Shown here: piece by piece, positions 12,606 through 25,600 of the stretch
Position numbering within the stretch: the first letter of the stretch is position 1
How the letters are laid out: each line of letters starts with the position of its first letter
Origin: Malacoraja senta
Lineage: Eukaryota
Reading direction: 5' to 3'
NCBI GenBank assembly: GCA_038087875.1
Contig: JAXLNO010000230.1
Span: 372,001-436,000, forward strand
Length of the DNA: 64,000 nt
Notes under the pieces: model-generated
Told to the model about the DNA's origin: nothing
The model's input: only the letters and a program-made list of their open reading frames with translations
The model's database searches: none
Made by a program: the position numbers and the translations under genes

Positions 12606-12791
12606 AAATGTGTTTTCTGCAGAAAAAGAGCTAAGAAGACTTTGGGTGCTTGTATTCAGTGCTCTTATGGACGTTGTCCAACGTCCTTCCACGTAACCTG
12701 TGCCCATGCAGCAGGCATCGTAATGGAACCAGATGACTGGCCATACGTTGTCCTCATCACGTGCTTCAGACACAAGACAAATTCAAGTGTG
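12606..12791 (+). CDS. KDM4C: Lysine-specific demethylase 4 (KDM4C-like) internal exon, second PHD finger
   Basis: A polypyrimidine/CAG acceptor precedes a 186 nt phase-0 exon with a GTTAGT donor. It translates [62 protein letters not shown], recognisable as JMJD2 PHD2. CSYGRCP and [14 protein letters not shown] favour paralog C. The family call is secure, the paralog less so. Confidence 0.9.
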
Positions 12792-13118
12792 GTTAGTATT
12801 TTATTCACATCCATTTGCTCTCACCTGAGAATGTTTGTTGGCAGATTTTGAATTTTAATTTGAATATATTAGGTTATAAAACCCAAGAGTTGATTATGTA
12901 ATGCCTCAGATGATTTTAATTTTGATAACCAAAGTAAAAAAAAAAAAAAGTAACTTTATTTGACATTATTGGAGCAAATTAGAAAGCATGCAGAATGATG
13001 TAGATGTATGGTTTTTTAACACATACCTCCAGAAAGAAAACTGAAGTAACAGACTGCTCTTTATCTAAACTATTAATTAAAAAATATATATTTTAAACAT
13101 AAATGCATTCAAACAAGA

Positions 13119-14058
13119 TTGGACATCTCTGTCAAGCTTCTCAAGTTTGCGGACGACACAACCCTGATTGGACTGATCCAGGATGGGGAGGATTCCTACA
13201 GACAGGAAGTGTCACAGCTGGCATCCTGGTGCCATCGCAACAACCTGGAGCTCAATGCTCTTAAGACAGTGGAATTGATTCTAGACTTTAGAAGAGCTCC
13301 CCCTCCCCTCACCCCACTCACCATCAACAACACCACAGTCACATCTGTGGAGTCCTTTAAGTTCCTGGGAACCATCATCTCCAAGGACCTTAAGTGGGGG
13401 GCTACCATCGACTCCACAGTCAAAAAGGCACAACAGAGGATGTACTTCCTACGGCAGCTGAGGAAGCACAATCTGCCACAGGCAATGATGGTCCAATTCT
13501 ACATGGCCATCGTAGAGTCTGTTCTCACCTTGTCCATCATGGTCTGGTTTGGCTCAGCCACCAAGCACTACACCTGGAGGCTGCAGCGAATCATCCGATC
13601 AGCAGAGAAGGTTATTGGCTGCAACCTTCCCTCCATTGATGAACTGTACACTGCAAGGGCCAGGAAGCGAACGGGCAAGATCATCTCTGACCCCTCTCAC
13701 CCTGGCCACAAACTCTTTGAATCACTTCCCTCTGGAAGGCGACTCCGGACTGTCAAAGCTGCCACAGCCAGACATAAAAACAGTTTTTATCCATGAGTAG
13801 TTGCTCTACTCAACAGCCAAAAATCTGTAGCCTTCCTTTGATCTGGTATTTTGTTGGTTCACATGCTTGATCAACGGTGTTTTATCATTAATGTTTTATT
13901 ATTATTAATGTTTACTGTTTTCTTAGTCATTCGTAACTGTCACTGTATGTCATGTTGTTACTTGTGGGCGGAGCACCAAGGCAAATTCCTTGTATGTGAA
14001 TACTTGGCCAATAAACTTACTTACTTACTTACTTACTTTCTTACTTACTTACTTACAT
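13119..14058 (+). mobile_element. Rex1/Babar LINE, 5'-truncated
   Basis: Motifs KFADDTTLIGLI, LNALKTVELILDFRR, FKFLG, KKAQQRMYFLR and LPSGRR, ending in a (TTAC)n tail. Confidence 0.9.
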
Positions 14059-14517
14059 ACATAGGGTGCTTTACTGAACCTGTGCTTTAATTTTGTATGT
14101 GGGACACAAGAGACTGCATGTGGTGGAATCTGGAGCAAAAGTCAATCTGCTGGAGGAACTCTAGTTCAAGAAGCTTCTGCGGGGGAGTAGTCTTCTAGCA
14201 ATTTGTTTTGTTGCTTAATTTCATATAATGCTGTTGCTAAATGAAATGTCAGGCAAGTTCAGTGCAATTTAAATACGCTTAATGTGAATGATTTGTTTTT
14301 CTCACTTCGGTAACAATAAGGTGATCATTGATGAGCAGCTCTGTAGGTTATAATGGAAGACTAGTGAACTTATATGGAAATATTATATTAGTGAAAAATA
14401 TATCCTGCTGCATGGTTAACATTTTTTTTGTCAAGTTAGGTTAGGTCAGTAATTGAACTAATATATTTCTTGGCGAAACTTTTATTTTCTCTTTCTTTTT
14501 TCCCCCTCAAAACAAAG

Positions 14518-14688
14518 AAAAACAAAACTCTATTCCAAGACTTAGCAATTGGACAAACACTCATCTCAAAGCACAAGAATGGAAGATATTACAGGTGTGG
14601 TGTCACCGGAATTTCCTCTCAAACTTTCTATGAGGTCATATTTGATGATGGCTCGTTCAGTGACGATCTGTATCCAGAGGATATTGCT
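14518..14688 (+). CDS. KDM4C: KDM4C-like internal exon, N-terminal part of the double (hybrid) Tudor domain
   Basis: A long pyrimidine tract and AAG acceptor precede a 171 nt phase-0 exon with a GTAAGT donor. It translates [57 protein letters not shown]. Confidence 0.92.
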
Positions 14689-14741
14689 GTAAGTAATTTG
14701 TTTTGGTTCCGTCTACAGAAGTAACACATTTGCTGAAACAA

Positions 14742-17302
14742 AGGGGTGCAATTCCTCAAAAGTGTCCAGGAGAATTTTCTCAAGCAGTATGTAGAGGCCC
14801 CCACATGTGAAAGGGCAATACCCCCCCCCCCCCCCCCGGACACTCCTTCCCCCAGAAAAATTGCACTACTGATACTGCTGTACATATATATATTTTACTG
14901 CTCATTATTCCTAAGTTCGCTCTTCTGGGTGAGATGCTACCTGCATTTCGTTTATCTCTGTACTGTACACTGCACAATGACAATTAAAGATTGAATTGAA
15001 TTGAATTGGATGTAGTATTGGGAAATTGGGAAGGGCAAGTTAACTAGGTGTTTGTGGAGGAGGCTTTTGGGACCAGTGACCACAGTTCGATTAGGTTTAA
15101 GATAGTTTTGGATAGGGACAGAGAGGGCCCACGTGTTAAAATGCTCAACTGGGTTAAGGCCAACTTTGAGTGTTTGAGAGAAGGTCTCGCTCAAGTTGAC
15201 TGGAGCAGGTTATTTGAGGGGAAAGGAACATCAGCCAAGTGGGATGTTTTAAAAGTGTGCTGACAAAAGCTCAGGATATATACGTCCCCGTTAGAGTAAA
15301 GAGCACAGCAGGCAAACGTAAGGAAGCTTGGCTGACGATGGAAATTGAGGCATTGGTCAAAAACAAGAAGGATGCATGGGATAGGTGAGATCAAGTGCAT
15401 CCCTGGAGGAGTTTCGGGAACTAAAGAGTAAACTGAAAAAGGAGATCAGAAGAGCAAAAAGGGGCCTAGAGATCGCTCTGTCGGATAGCATTAAAGACAA
15501 TCCCAAAAGATTTTATAAATGTATAAGGGGGAAAAGGGTAACTAGAGAGCAAGTGGGACCACTCAGGAATCAAAGCAGTCACTTCTGTGTGGAACCACAG
15601 GAGATGGGCAAGGTCCTCAATAAGTATTTCTACTCTGTATTGACTGAGGAGATAGACAGTAGGACGAAGGAACTTGGGGCAGTCAATGGAAGTGTCTTGA
15701 GAGCAATCAGTGTTACCTTCGAAGAAGTACTGAAGGTACTATCGTGTGTTAAGGTAGACAAATCTCCAGGGCCTGATCAGATATATCCGAGCACAATGTG
15801 GGAAACCAGAGAGGAAATTGCGGGAGCCCTGGTTGAAATTTATGAGTCGTCCTTAAATACAGGAGAGGTGCCGTAAGACTGGAGGGTGACAAATGTTGTG
15901 CCTCTTTTCAAGAAGGGCTGCAGGGAAAATGCTGGGAACTATAGGCTGGTGAGCTTAACATCTGTAGTTGGAAAGTTACTAGAGAGCATTCTGAGGGATA
16001 GGTTAACCAGGCATTTGGACGGGCAAGGGCAGATTAGGGATAGTCAGCATGGATTTGTATGTGGGAGGTCGTGTCTCACAAATCTGATTGATTTTTTTGA
16101 AGACGTGACTAAAAAGGTCGATGAGGGCAGAGCTGCAGATGTTGTGTACATGGACTTCAGTAAGGCGTTCGACAAGGTGCCGCATGGTAGGCTGCTCTGG
16201 AAAGTTAGATTGCATGGTATCCAAGGAGAGATAGCTGGATAAATAGCAAATTGGCTCCATGGAAGGAAGCAGAGGGTGATGATGGAAGGTTGCTTCTCAG
16301 ACTGGAGGCCTGTGACTAGTGGTGTGCCTCAGGGTTCAGTGCTGGGCCCGTTACTGTTTATCATCTACGTCAATGATTTGGATGAGAACATACAGGGCAA
16401 GATTAGCAAGTTTGCTGATGATACAAAAGTGGGTGGTTTTGCAGATAGTGAAGATGATTGCAGCAGGATCTGGATCGATTGGCCAGGTGAGTTGAGGAAT
16501 GGTTGATGGAATTTAATACAGAGAAGTGTGAGGTGTTGCAATTTGGGACGTCTAACAAGGGCAGGACCTACGCAGTGAATGGTAGGCCTCTGGGTAGTGT
16601 GGTCGAGCAGAGGGATCTAGGAGTGCAGGTGCATGGTTCCTTGAAGGTCGAGTCGCAGGTAGATAAGGTGGTCATTGGCACATTGGCCTTCATCAGTCAG
16701 AGTATTAAGTATAGAAGTTGGGAGGTCATGTTGCAGTGATTTTAGACATTGGTGAGCGCATTTCGAATATTGTGTTCAGTTCTGGGCACCATGTTATAGG
16801 AAATATATTGTCACGCTTGAAAGGGTTCAGAGAAGATTTACAAGGATGTTGCCAGGACTAGAGGGTCTGAACTATAGTGAGAGGTTGAGTAGACTGGGTC
16901 TCTATTCCTTGGAGTGCAGGAGGATGAGGGGTGATCTTATAGAGGTGTATAAAATCATGAGAGGAATAGATCGGGTAGATGCACAGAGTCTCTTGTCGAG
17001 AGTAAGGGAATTGAGGACCGAAGGAGATAGGTTCAAGGTGAAGGGGAAAAGATTTAATAGGAATCTGAGGGGTAACATTTTCACACAGAGGCTGGTGGGT
17101 GTATGGAACAAGCTGCCAGATAAGGTAGTTGATGCTGGCACTATCCCAACGTTTAAGAAACAATTAGACAGGTACTTGGATATGACAGATTTGGAGGGAT
17201 ATGGACCAAGCGCATGCAGGTGGGGCTAGTGCAGCTGGGACATGTTGGCTGGTGTGGTCAAGTAGGGCCGAAGGGCCTGTTTCCACACTGTATCACTGAC
17301 TC
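14742..17302 (+). mobile_element. CR1 LINE, 5'-truncated and degenerate ORF2
   Basis: Motifs [46 protein letters not shown] and QRDLGV, followed by a CR1-type 3' UTR. Multiple stops are present. Confidence 0.9.
14821..15008 (+). mobile_element. Short Rex1-type LINE 3' UTR nested in the CR1
   Basis: Runs from a C-tract to tgcacaatgacaattaaaga plus a (TTGAA)n tail, and interrupts CR1 endonuclease-region sequence. Confidence 0.6.
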
Positions 17303-19664
17303 CAAAATAATTCACTCATTTCTCGTTCCTTTTCATCGTTGTCTTCATTGTACCATTTTAAAGTTGCCTTAAAGCACAATTAATTCATGGACTGGAGGGG
17401 AGCTGTGGTACAAGCAGCACTTCAGGCACTGGTGCTGAGTTTGGAGGAGACGCACAAGCAATGAACTTGCAATTGGTTTCTCGTAATCGGTTAATAAGCA
17501 AGATCTCTGAGAGAGCAATAAAACCCATATTGCTTTCTTTGGTTCAGCAAAAGCACCTATTGAAAAAACTTGTCATCAAATTGATTGACAACATCTCATA
17601 CCTGGGTATACTATCTATAATTCACTTTGATCTGTTATCTCTTCCTCCCTGAACAATGCAACCCCTTTGAGTGGAATAACATTTAGATTTTCCGAGGTAC
17701 AACAAAACCTGCAGTAAAATCAGTGCCTCGGGTGCCACACGGCCATTGAATATAAATATGTGAACAACTATTTTCAACAAAATAATCAGCGTATATCAGT
17801 ATAGAGCAAGATACCAGGGGTAATTGGTTTCCCTGTTTCCCTTACTACTAATATAATTTGCCCAAAAACATTTAGAATAAAATCGTGATTTGCTGAGTTA
17901 GTGACTTGGTACTGCACACTTAATTGCCAAAATATATTAAAAAGTGTAATGATTTTGTTCTGCCTTTAAAATAAAAAGCCCAGAAGAGCATTTACTGTTA
18001 TAGATCTATCTGCATATGTAACTTAGACGGAAGGTTACCAGTAATTATAATTACCCTATGTTGGATGTACTAAAGTAGTCACAGAAGTGGTCAATTCATT
18101 CAATACGCATTATCTGTGGAATTGGCACATTGATTGAAATCAGCATTTTTTTTCTTCAAGGGGCATGGAAATGCTGGTAGATTCCTTCGATAAGAGGCAT
18201 CTCCCTTTTCTTATCAAGTAAAACTTTTGTGATAAAATATTTTGAAATATTCTTCTAACATATTCATGTGCAACTTGTTAATTATATGTATTCCAATTCC
18301 ACACAAGCCAACCACTTCAGATTGTTTGTGTTCGCTAAATTAGTTTCCATTAGTAAGTGGTCCCGTGGAGAATTCAGTGAGACAACGTTGGTGTTGGATG
18401 GAGGTGCTCAAGCTGTGAAAATTTTGTATTATCGAGTTACTGCTGTGTAACTGGAGGTCTTCAAAGAATGGGGGAAAAAAAGCATGATTATGAATATAGT
18501 TCCCTAAAGATATTTAATATATTATTTTTCATGCTCTATATGGAGAGGCAGCTTTTTGCTATAAGGGTTTCTTCCTTATAAACTCAATCAATCATTTGCT
18601 TTACGCTACCCACTGAGCTGATATGAAGATGCTATCTGTACAATTCTTGGTGTTTGTTACTTGGGATTGTAGGATTATATGGTCTTAAAGGCAGGAATAG
18701 AAATGTGAATGATAACAAAATGGTAGGAAGGAAGTGGCATCATTTTCTCTTTTTACAGTTATGTTTTGGTTGGTGAAGTATTTATTTTTTATAATTATTT
18801 TGTCTCTGCAAAGTTTTCGCCTTATCCAAATGGATGGTCTGATGCTGTTTGTAAATGTTCAGTGCCCGTACAGGTTTCAATCATATGAAACACGTTTCTA
18901 GTCTATAAATGTGCAACAAACAATTTAACAATCTTCATGAACAAAGCATTTGGCTAACCAGAATATCAGAAATGATTTGCTCTTATTTGGGTCATATCAG
19001 TACTCAATCAGGTAGACTGGATTCACAGGAACTTTTCAAAGCTTTATTTTGGGAATTAATACAGCTTGTAATTAATCTATCTATAAGCTCTCAATAACCT
19101 TAACAAAGTAATACTAAAATTGCTTTTTTTCACCCCACATTAACATTTGGGAGCTAAGTAAAATATATTTCTTTAGGCATGTCATCAAGGAAGGTTAGGT
19201 TTGTGGTGAATGAAGATAAATTTAATTGATAATCTATAATTCATTTGCTACCTCAATTCATCTCCTCTGTGCCAGTAAAATATGATCAGACTATTGGAAT
19301 TGTTGTAGTGAAATACTTTCCAGATAAATGTGTTATCTTGTGTTTCGGAATGTTTCTTTCTGTGCTTTTGGTAACATTTCCCATCTGTTGATGACAAAAT
19401 TAATCAATAAGCTGCGGAATAAAAAAGTATTTTACTTAGCTTTAGTTGTCTCATTGATTTTTAAAATTCTAGCAATTAATGTTGAAATCCATACTTGAAA
19501 TGTCAGTTGGGTAGTGAGGCGAATCAAAGAGTGATTTAGTGATAAGAGGTACACAGATACCATGGTAGTCTGGACCAATCATATGTTAAAAGATGTAACT
19601 GGGGATGGGGTGAGGGGGCAGTCTTCATCGAACAAAGGGAAGATGGACAACAAATTTAGGATGT

Positions 19665-19872
19665 AGAAACAAGGAACTGCAGATGGTAGTTAATACACAA
19701 AAGGAAATAAAGTGTTGGAGTAACTCAACTGGTCAAGCAGCATCTCTGGAGAACATGGATAGGTAACGTTTTGGGTCTAGGCCCTTCTGGACTCGATAGG
19801 GACATTTTGGGTTGAGACCTTTCTTCGGACTGATGATTGGTGATGTTTCGGGTCAACACCTTTCTTTAGACT
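19665..19872 (-). mobile_element. Penelope-derived repeat fragment with three tandem degenerate hammerhead-like units
   Basis: Starts aaggaactgcagatg...ggagtaactca...cagcatctctgga, then repeats gacgtttcgggtcgagacccttc-like units. Confidence 0.7.
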
Positions 19873-20444
19873 CGTGAACTGAAGATTATGGGGAACTGAT
19901 ACAAGAGGGTTTGAGGCCACTATTGATCATATTGAATGCCCGGCCAGGCTGGGGGAGCTCATTTCCACCTCTTCTTATATGATATCAGCCAGGAATTTGT
20001 CACAGTCATAATAATGAAGAGTTCATTTTAAAAAGCTGTTGAATAATAAAGCCATTGTTTACAAATTAGTAGATATTGTGGAGAGATGTGATGATAGGAT
20101 AATCCCCTGGTGGAGCTCACAAGATCTGCACTGGGAGTTGTGAATTTAGTATGGAGGAAGTTTTACTCATTAGGTCATCAATGCTCACTGTGCAATTATT
20201 AGATTAGGGACTGCCCATGGATGAACACAAAATTTAAGGTGTGTCAAGAAGAAATTATTAGCATGTGTATCAGGGAGTACTGAGGAGACAATAATTGATT
20301 CTGGAAAACATAAGAAGGAGGCAATCTGCAATGAAGAAACCTTCAATATACGGTGTTAGCAGTAGATCAGTGACTGGATAAAATAGAAATGAGAAAAACA
20401 AATTTAAAAAGATCCTCTTGAAATGCATAAAGTTAAAGGGAATG

Positions 20445-22132
20445 GGTGACGTTTCGGGTCGAGACCCTTCTTCAGACTGATGTCAGGGGAGTGGACGGGC
20501 CAGAGATATCATGTAGTCTGAGTCAAAAAGACCGGTGGGCGAACTGGGAAAGGGGAGGGGATGGAGAGAGACAGAAACCAAGGGCTATTTGAAGTTAGAG
20601 AAGTCAATGTTTATACCACTGGGATGTAAGCAACCCAAACAAAATATGAGGTGCTGTTCCTCCAATTTGCGTCTCCCAATACTCTCCTCTGCCTGGCAGA
20701 GCTGGTCCTTACCCTCAACAACTTCTCCTTTGACTCCTCCCACTTCCTCCAAATCCAAGGCGTAGCTATTAGCACTCGCATGGACCCCAGCTATGCCTGC
20801 CTCTTTGTAGGGTACGTCGAACAATCAGGCACACACTGGCCCTATCCCAGAACTCTACCTCCGCTACATTGACGACTGCATCGATGCTACCTCCTGCATC
20901 CATGCAGAACTCACTGATTTCATCAACTTAACGACTAATTTCCATCCTGCACTCAAATTCACTTGGACCATCTCCAACATCACCCTACCGTTTCTGGATC
21001 TCACCGTCTCCGTCACAGGAGACAGACTATTGACCGACATCTACTACAAACCTACTGACTCCCATAGCGATCTAGACTACACTTCTCACCAGGCATCCTG
21101 TAAAGACTATCCCCTACTCACAATTCCTCCGTCTACGCCCAGGATGACGTTTTCCATACTGGATCATCAGCGATGTCCTCATTCTTTAGGAAACGGGGGT
21201 TCCACTCTTCCATTATTGATGAGGCTCTCACTAGGGTGTCCTCGATATCCTGCAGATCCACTCTTGCTCCCCCTCCCCTCATTTGCAACAAGGACAGAGT
21301 GCTTCTTGTCCTCACCTTCCACCCCATCAGCCGTCGCATACAGCATATAATCCTCCAATACTTTTGGCGCCTCCAACGGGATCCCACTACTGGCCACATA
21401 TACCCATCTCCACCCCTTTCTGCTTTCCGCAGAGACCATTCCCTCCACAACTCCCTGGTCAACATGTCCCTTCCCACCCAAACCACCCCCTCCCCAGGTA
21501 CCTTCCCCTGAAACCGCAGGAGATGCAACACCTGTCCCTTTACCTCCCCCCTCGACTCCATCCAAGAACCCCGACAGTCTTTTCAGGTGAGGCAGAGGTT
21601 CACTTGCACCTCCTCCAACCTCATCTACTGTATTCGCTGTTCCAGATGTCAACTTCTGTACATCGGCGAGACCAAGCGCAAACTCGGCGATCGTTTCGCT
21701 GAACACCTCCACTCAGTCCGCCTTAACCTACCTGATCTCCCGGTTGCTCAGCACGTTAACTCCCCCTCCTATTCCAAATCTGACCTTTCTGTCCTGGGCC
21801 TCCTCCATTGTCAGAGTGAGGCAAATTGGATGAACAGCACCTCATATTTCGCTTAGCTAGCTTCCACCCCAATGGTATGAACATTGACTTCTCTAACTTC
21901 AAATAGCCCTTGCTTTCCCTCTCTCTCCATCCCCTCCCCCTTCCCAGTTCTCCCACCAGTCTTACTGTCTCCGACTACATTCTATCTCTGTTCCGCCCAC
22001 TCCCCTGACATCCGCCTGACCCGAAATGTCACCCATTCCTTATCTCCCGAGATGCTGCCTGTCCCGCTGAGTGACTCCAGCATTTTGCGTCTATCTTCGA
22101 TTTAAACCAGCATCTGCAGTTCTTTCTTACAC
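20445..22132 (+). mobile_element. Penelope-like element (RT + GIY-YIG endonuclease; probably Neptune-type), 5'-truncated with an inverted pLTR copy
   Basis: RT motifs QIQGVAISTRMDPSYACLFVG, RYIDD and PFLDL; a CNTCP linker; GIY-YIG NLIYCIRCSRCQLLYIGETKRKLGDRFAEH. Region 20445-20672 is an inverted copy of the 3' end. AAGTTAAAGGGAATG occurs at both 20430-20444 and 22133-22147 (TSD-like). Confidence 0.92.
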
Positions 22133-22689
22133 AAGTTAAAGGGAATGTTCTAGTGCAAGATTGGCTCGCTTGTTAAATTTTAATTAACCATTTCAATGCA
22201 TAATCGGGATGGACTGGACTAAGATAGTCACATGGTTTACTTTTATGTTGAGACGTTTGCTTCAATAGGCTGTATTTTTTTTGGATTCATTGTGCTACGG
22301 TTTCTTAGACTTGCAACATATAATTTGTTAGACATCTGAAATAAAACTTTCTGGAAATACAGGCCAGACAGCCTCTTTTTTTATTCATGTTCAACTTCAG
22401 GTATTGGATTTTCCATAGCGAATCATCGCTTTAAATTTGCCTTTCTCTCAATTAGCATGGTTTTACTTTTGGCCTGTTTTATTGTTTACTTATACTTGTT
22501 GATCTTTTCCTTTTTATCTGAAGGTTTTAGTATCTATTGTTACAATAAACTTTTCATTTAAAAATGAAAGCTGTAAATCATTTTCAAAATAATTTGAGAT
22601 TCTTCAATAGGAAAAACATTTGATATTTAAAGTGAAGCTGGGTCAAAATAATCAACTGAAAATGAACAAGTGCTTGTGGTTTTCATGGA

Positions 22690-25600
22690 GTTGCATAGAA
22701 TGTTGCACTTTGGGAGGTTGAATGTAAGTTGAGAGTATACAGTTAATAGCAAGACCCTTAACCGCATTGGTGTGCGGAGGGATCTTGGAGTCCAAGTACA
22801 TGGCACACTGAAGGTGGCTGCACTAGTAGGTAGGGTGGTAAAGAAGGTGTATAGAGTGTTTGCCTTAATTGCTAGGGGCATGGATTACAAGAGTCAGGAT
22901 GCAGCTATATAAGATGTTGGTTAGGCCGCATTTGGATTATTGCATGGAGTTCTGGTCACCGCATTACAGGAACGATGTGGAGGTTTTGGAGAGGGTACAG
23001 AGGAAGTTTACCAGAATGCTACCTGGATTGGAAGATTTCAGCTACAAGGGGAGGTTGGATTTTTCTCTGGAACATGAGGTTGAGAGGAGACGACATAAAT
23101 AGTATACAAAATTATGAGAGGCTTAGATAGGGTAGATACATAGATACATAGAAAATAGGTGCAGGAGTAGGCCATTCGGCCCTTCGAGCCTGCACCGCCA
23201 TTCAATATGATCATGGATGATCATCCAACTCAGTATCCCGTACCTGCCTTCTCTCCATACCCCCTGATCCCCTTAGCCACAAGGGCCGCATCTAACTCCC
23301 TCTTAAATATAGCCAATGAACTGGCCTCAACTACCCTCTGTGGCAGAGAGTTCCAGAGATTCACCACTCTCTGTGTGAAAAAGTTTTTCCTCATCTCGGT
23401 CTTAAAGGATTTCCCCCTTATCCTTAAGCTGTGACCCCTTGTCCTGGAATTCCCCAACATCGGGAACAATCTTCCTGCATCTAGCCTGTCCAACCCCATA
23501 AGAATTTTGTACGTTTCTATAAGATCCCCTCTCAATCTCCTAAATTCTAGCGAGTATAAGCCAAGTCTATCCAGTCTTTCTTCATATGAAAGTCCTGACA
23601 TCCCAGGAATCAATCTGGTGAACCTTCTCTGCACTCCCTCTATGGCTATAATGTCCTTCCTCAGATTTGGAGACCAAAACTGTACGCAATACTCCAGGTG
23701 TGGTCTCACCAAGACCCTGTACAACTGCAGTAGAACCTCCCTGCTCCTATACTCAAATCCTCTTGCTATGAAGGCCAACATACCATTCGCTTTCTTCACT
23801 GCCTGCTGCACCTGCATGCCTACTTTCAATGACTGGTGTACCATGACACCCAGGTCTCGCTGCATCTCCCCATTTTCTAATCGGCCACCATTTAGATAAT
23901 AGTCTGCCTTCCCGTTTTTGCCACCAAAGTGGATAACCTCACATTTATCCACATTATACTGCATCTGCCAAACATTTGCCCACTCACCCAGCCTATCCTA
24001 GTCACCTTGCAGTCTCCTAGCATCCTCCTCACAGCTAACACTGCCCCCCAGCTTAGTGTCATCCGCAAACTTGGAGATGTTGCTTTCAATTCCCTCGTCC
24101 AGATCATTAATATAAATTGTAAATAGCTGGGGTCCCAGCACTGAGCCTTGCGGTACCCCACTAGTCACTGCCTGCCATTGTGAAAAGGACCCGTTTACTC
24201 CTACTCTTTGCTTTCTGTTTGCCAGCCAGTTCTCTATCCACATCAATACTGAACCCCCAATACCGTGTGATTTAAGTTTGTATCCTAATCTCTTATGTGG
24301 TACCTTGTCGAAAGCCTTCTGAAAGTCCAGATACAACACATCCACTGGTTCTCCCCTATCCACTCTACTAGTTACATCCTCGAAAAATTCTATAAGATTC
24401 GTCAGACACGATTTACCTTTCGTAAATCCATGCTGACTTTGTCCAATGATTTCACCACTTTCCAAATGTGCTGCTATCCCATCTTTAATAACTGACTCTA
24501 GCAGTTTCCCCACTACCGATGTTAGACTAACTGGTCTGTAATTCCCCGTTTTCTCTCCCTCCCTTCTTAAAAAGTGGGGTTACGTTTGCTACCCTCCAAT
24601 ACTCAGGAACTACTCCAGAATCTAAAGAGTTTTGAAAAATTATCACTAATGCATCCACTATTTCTGGAGCTACTTCCTTAAGTACTCTGGGATGCAGCCT
24701 ATCTGGCCCTGGTGATTTATCGGCCTTTAATCCATTCAATTTACCCAACACCACTTCCCGACTAACCTGGATTTCACTCAGTTCCTCCATCTCCTTTGAC
24801 CCGCGGCCCCCTGCTATTTCCGCCAGATTATTTTTGTCTTCCTTAGTGAAGACGGAACCAAAGTAGTTATTCAATTGGTCCGCCATATCCTTGTTCCCCA
24901 TGATCAATTCACCTGTTTCTGATTGCAAGGAACCTACATTTGTTTTAACTAATCTCTTTCTCTTCACATATCTATAAAAACTTTTGCAGTCAGTTTTTAT
25001 GTTCCCTGCCAGTTTCCTTTCATAATCTATTTTCCCTTTCCTAATTAAGCCCTTTGTCCTCCTCTGCTGGTCTCTGAATTTCTCCCAGTCCTCTGGTATG
25101 CTGCTTTTTCTGGCTAATTTGTACGCATCATCTTTTGCTTTGATACTATCCCTGATTTCCCTTGTTATCCACGGATGCACTACCTTCCCTGATTTATTCT
25201 TTTGCCAAACTGGGATGAACAATTTTTGTAGTTCATCCATGCAGTCTTTAAATGCCTTCCATTGCATATCCACCGTCAACCCTTTTAGAACTAATTGCCA
25301 GTCAATCTTGGCCAATTCATGTCTCATACCCTCAAAGTTACCTTTCTTTAAGTTCAGAACCGTTGTTTCTGAATTAACAATGTCACTCTCCATCCTAGTG
25401 AAGAACTCAACCATATTATGGTCACTCTTGCCCAAGGGGGCACGCACAACAAGACTGCTAACTAACCCTTCCTCATTACTCAATACCCAGTCTAGAATAG
25501 CCTGCTCTCTCGTTGGTTCCTCTACATGTTGGTTTAGATAACTATCCCGCATACATTCCAAGAAATCCGCTTCCTCAGCAGCCCTGCCAATTTGATTCAC

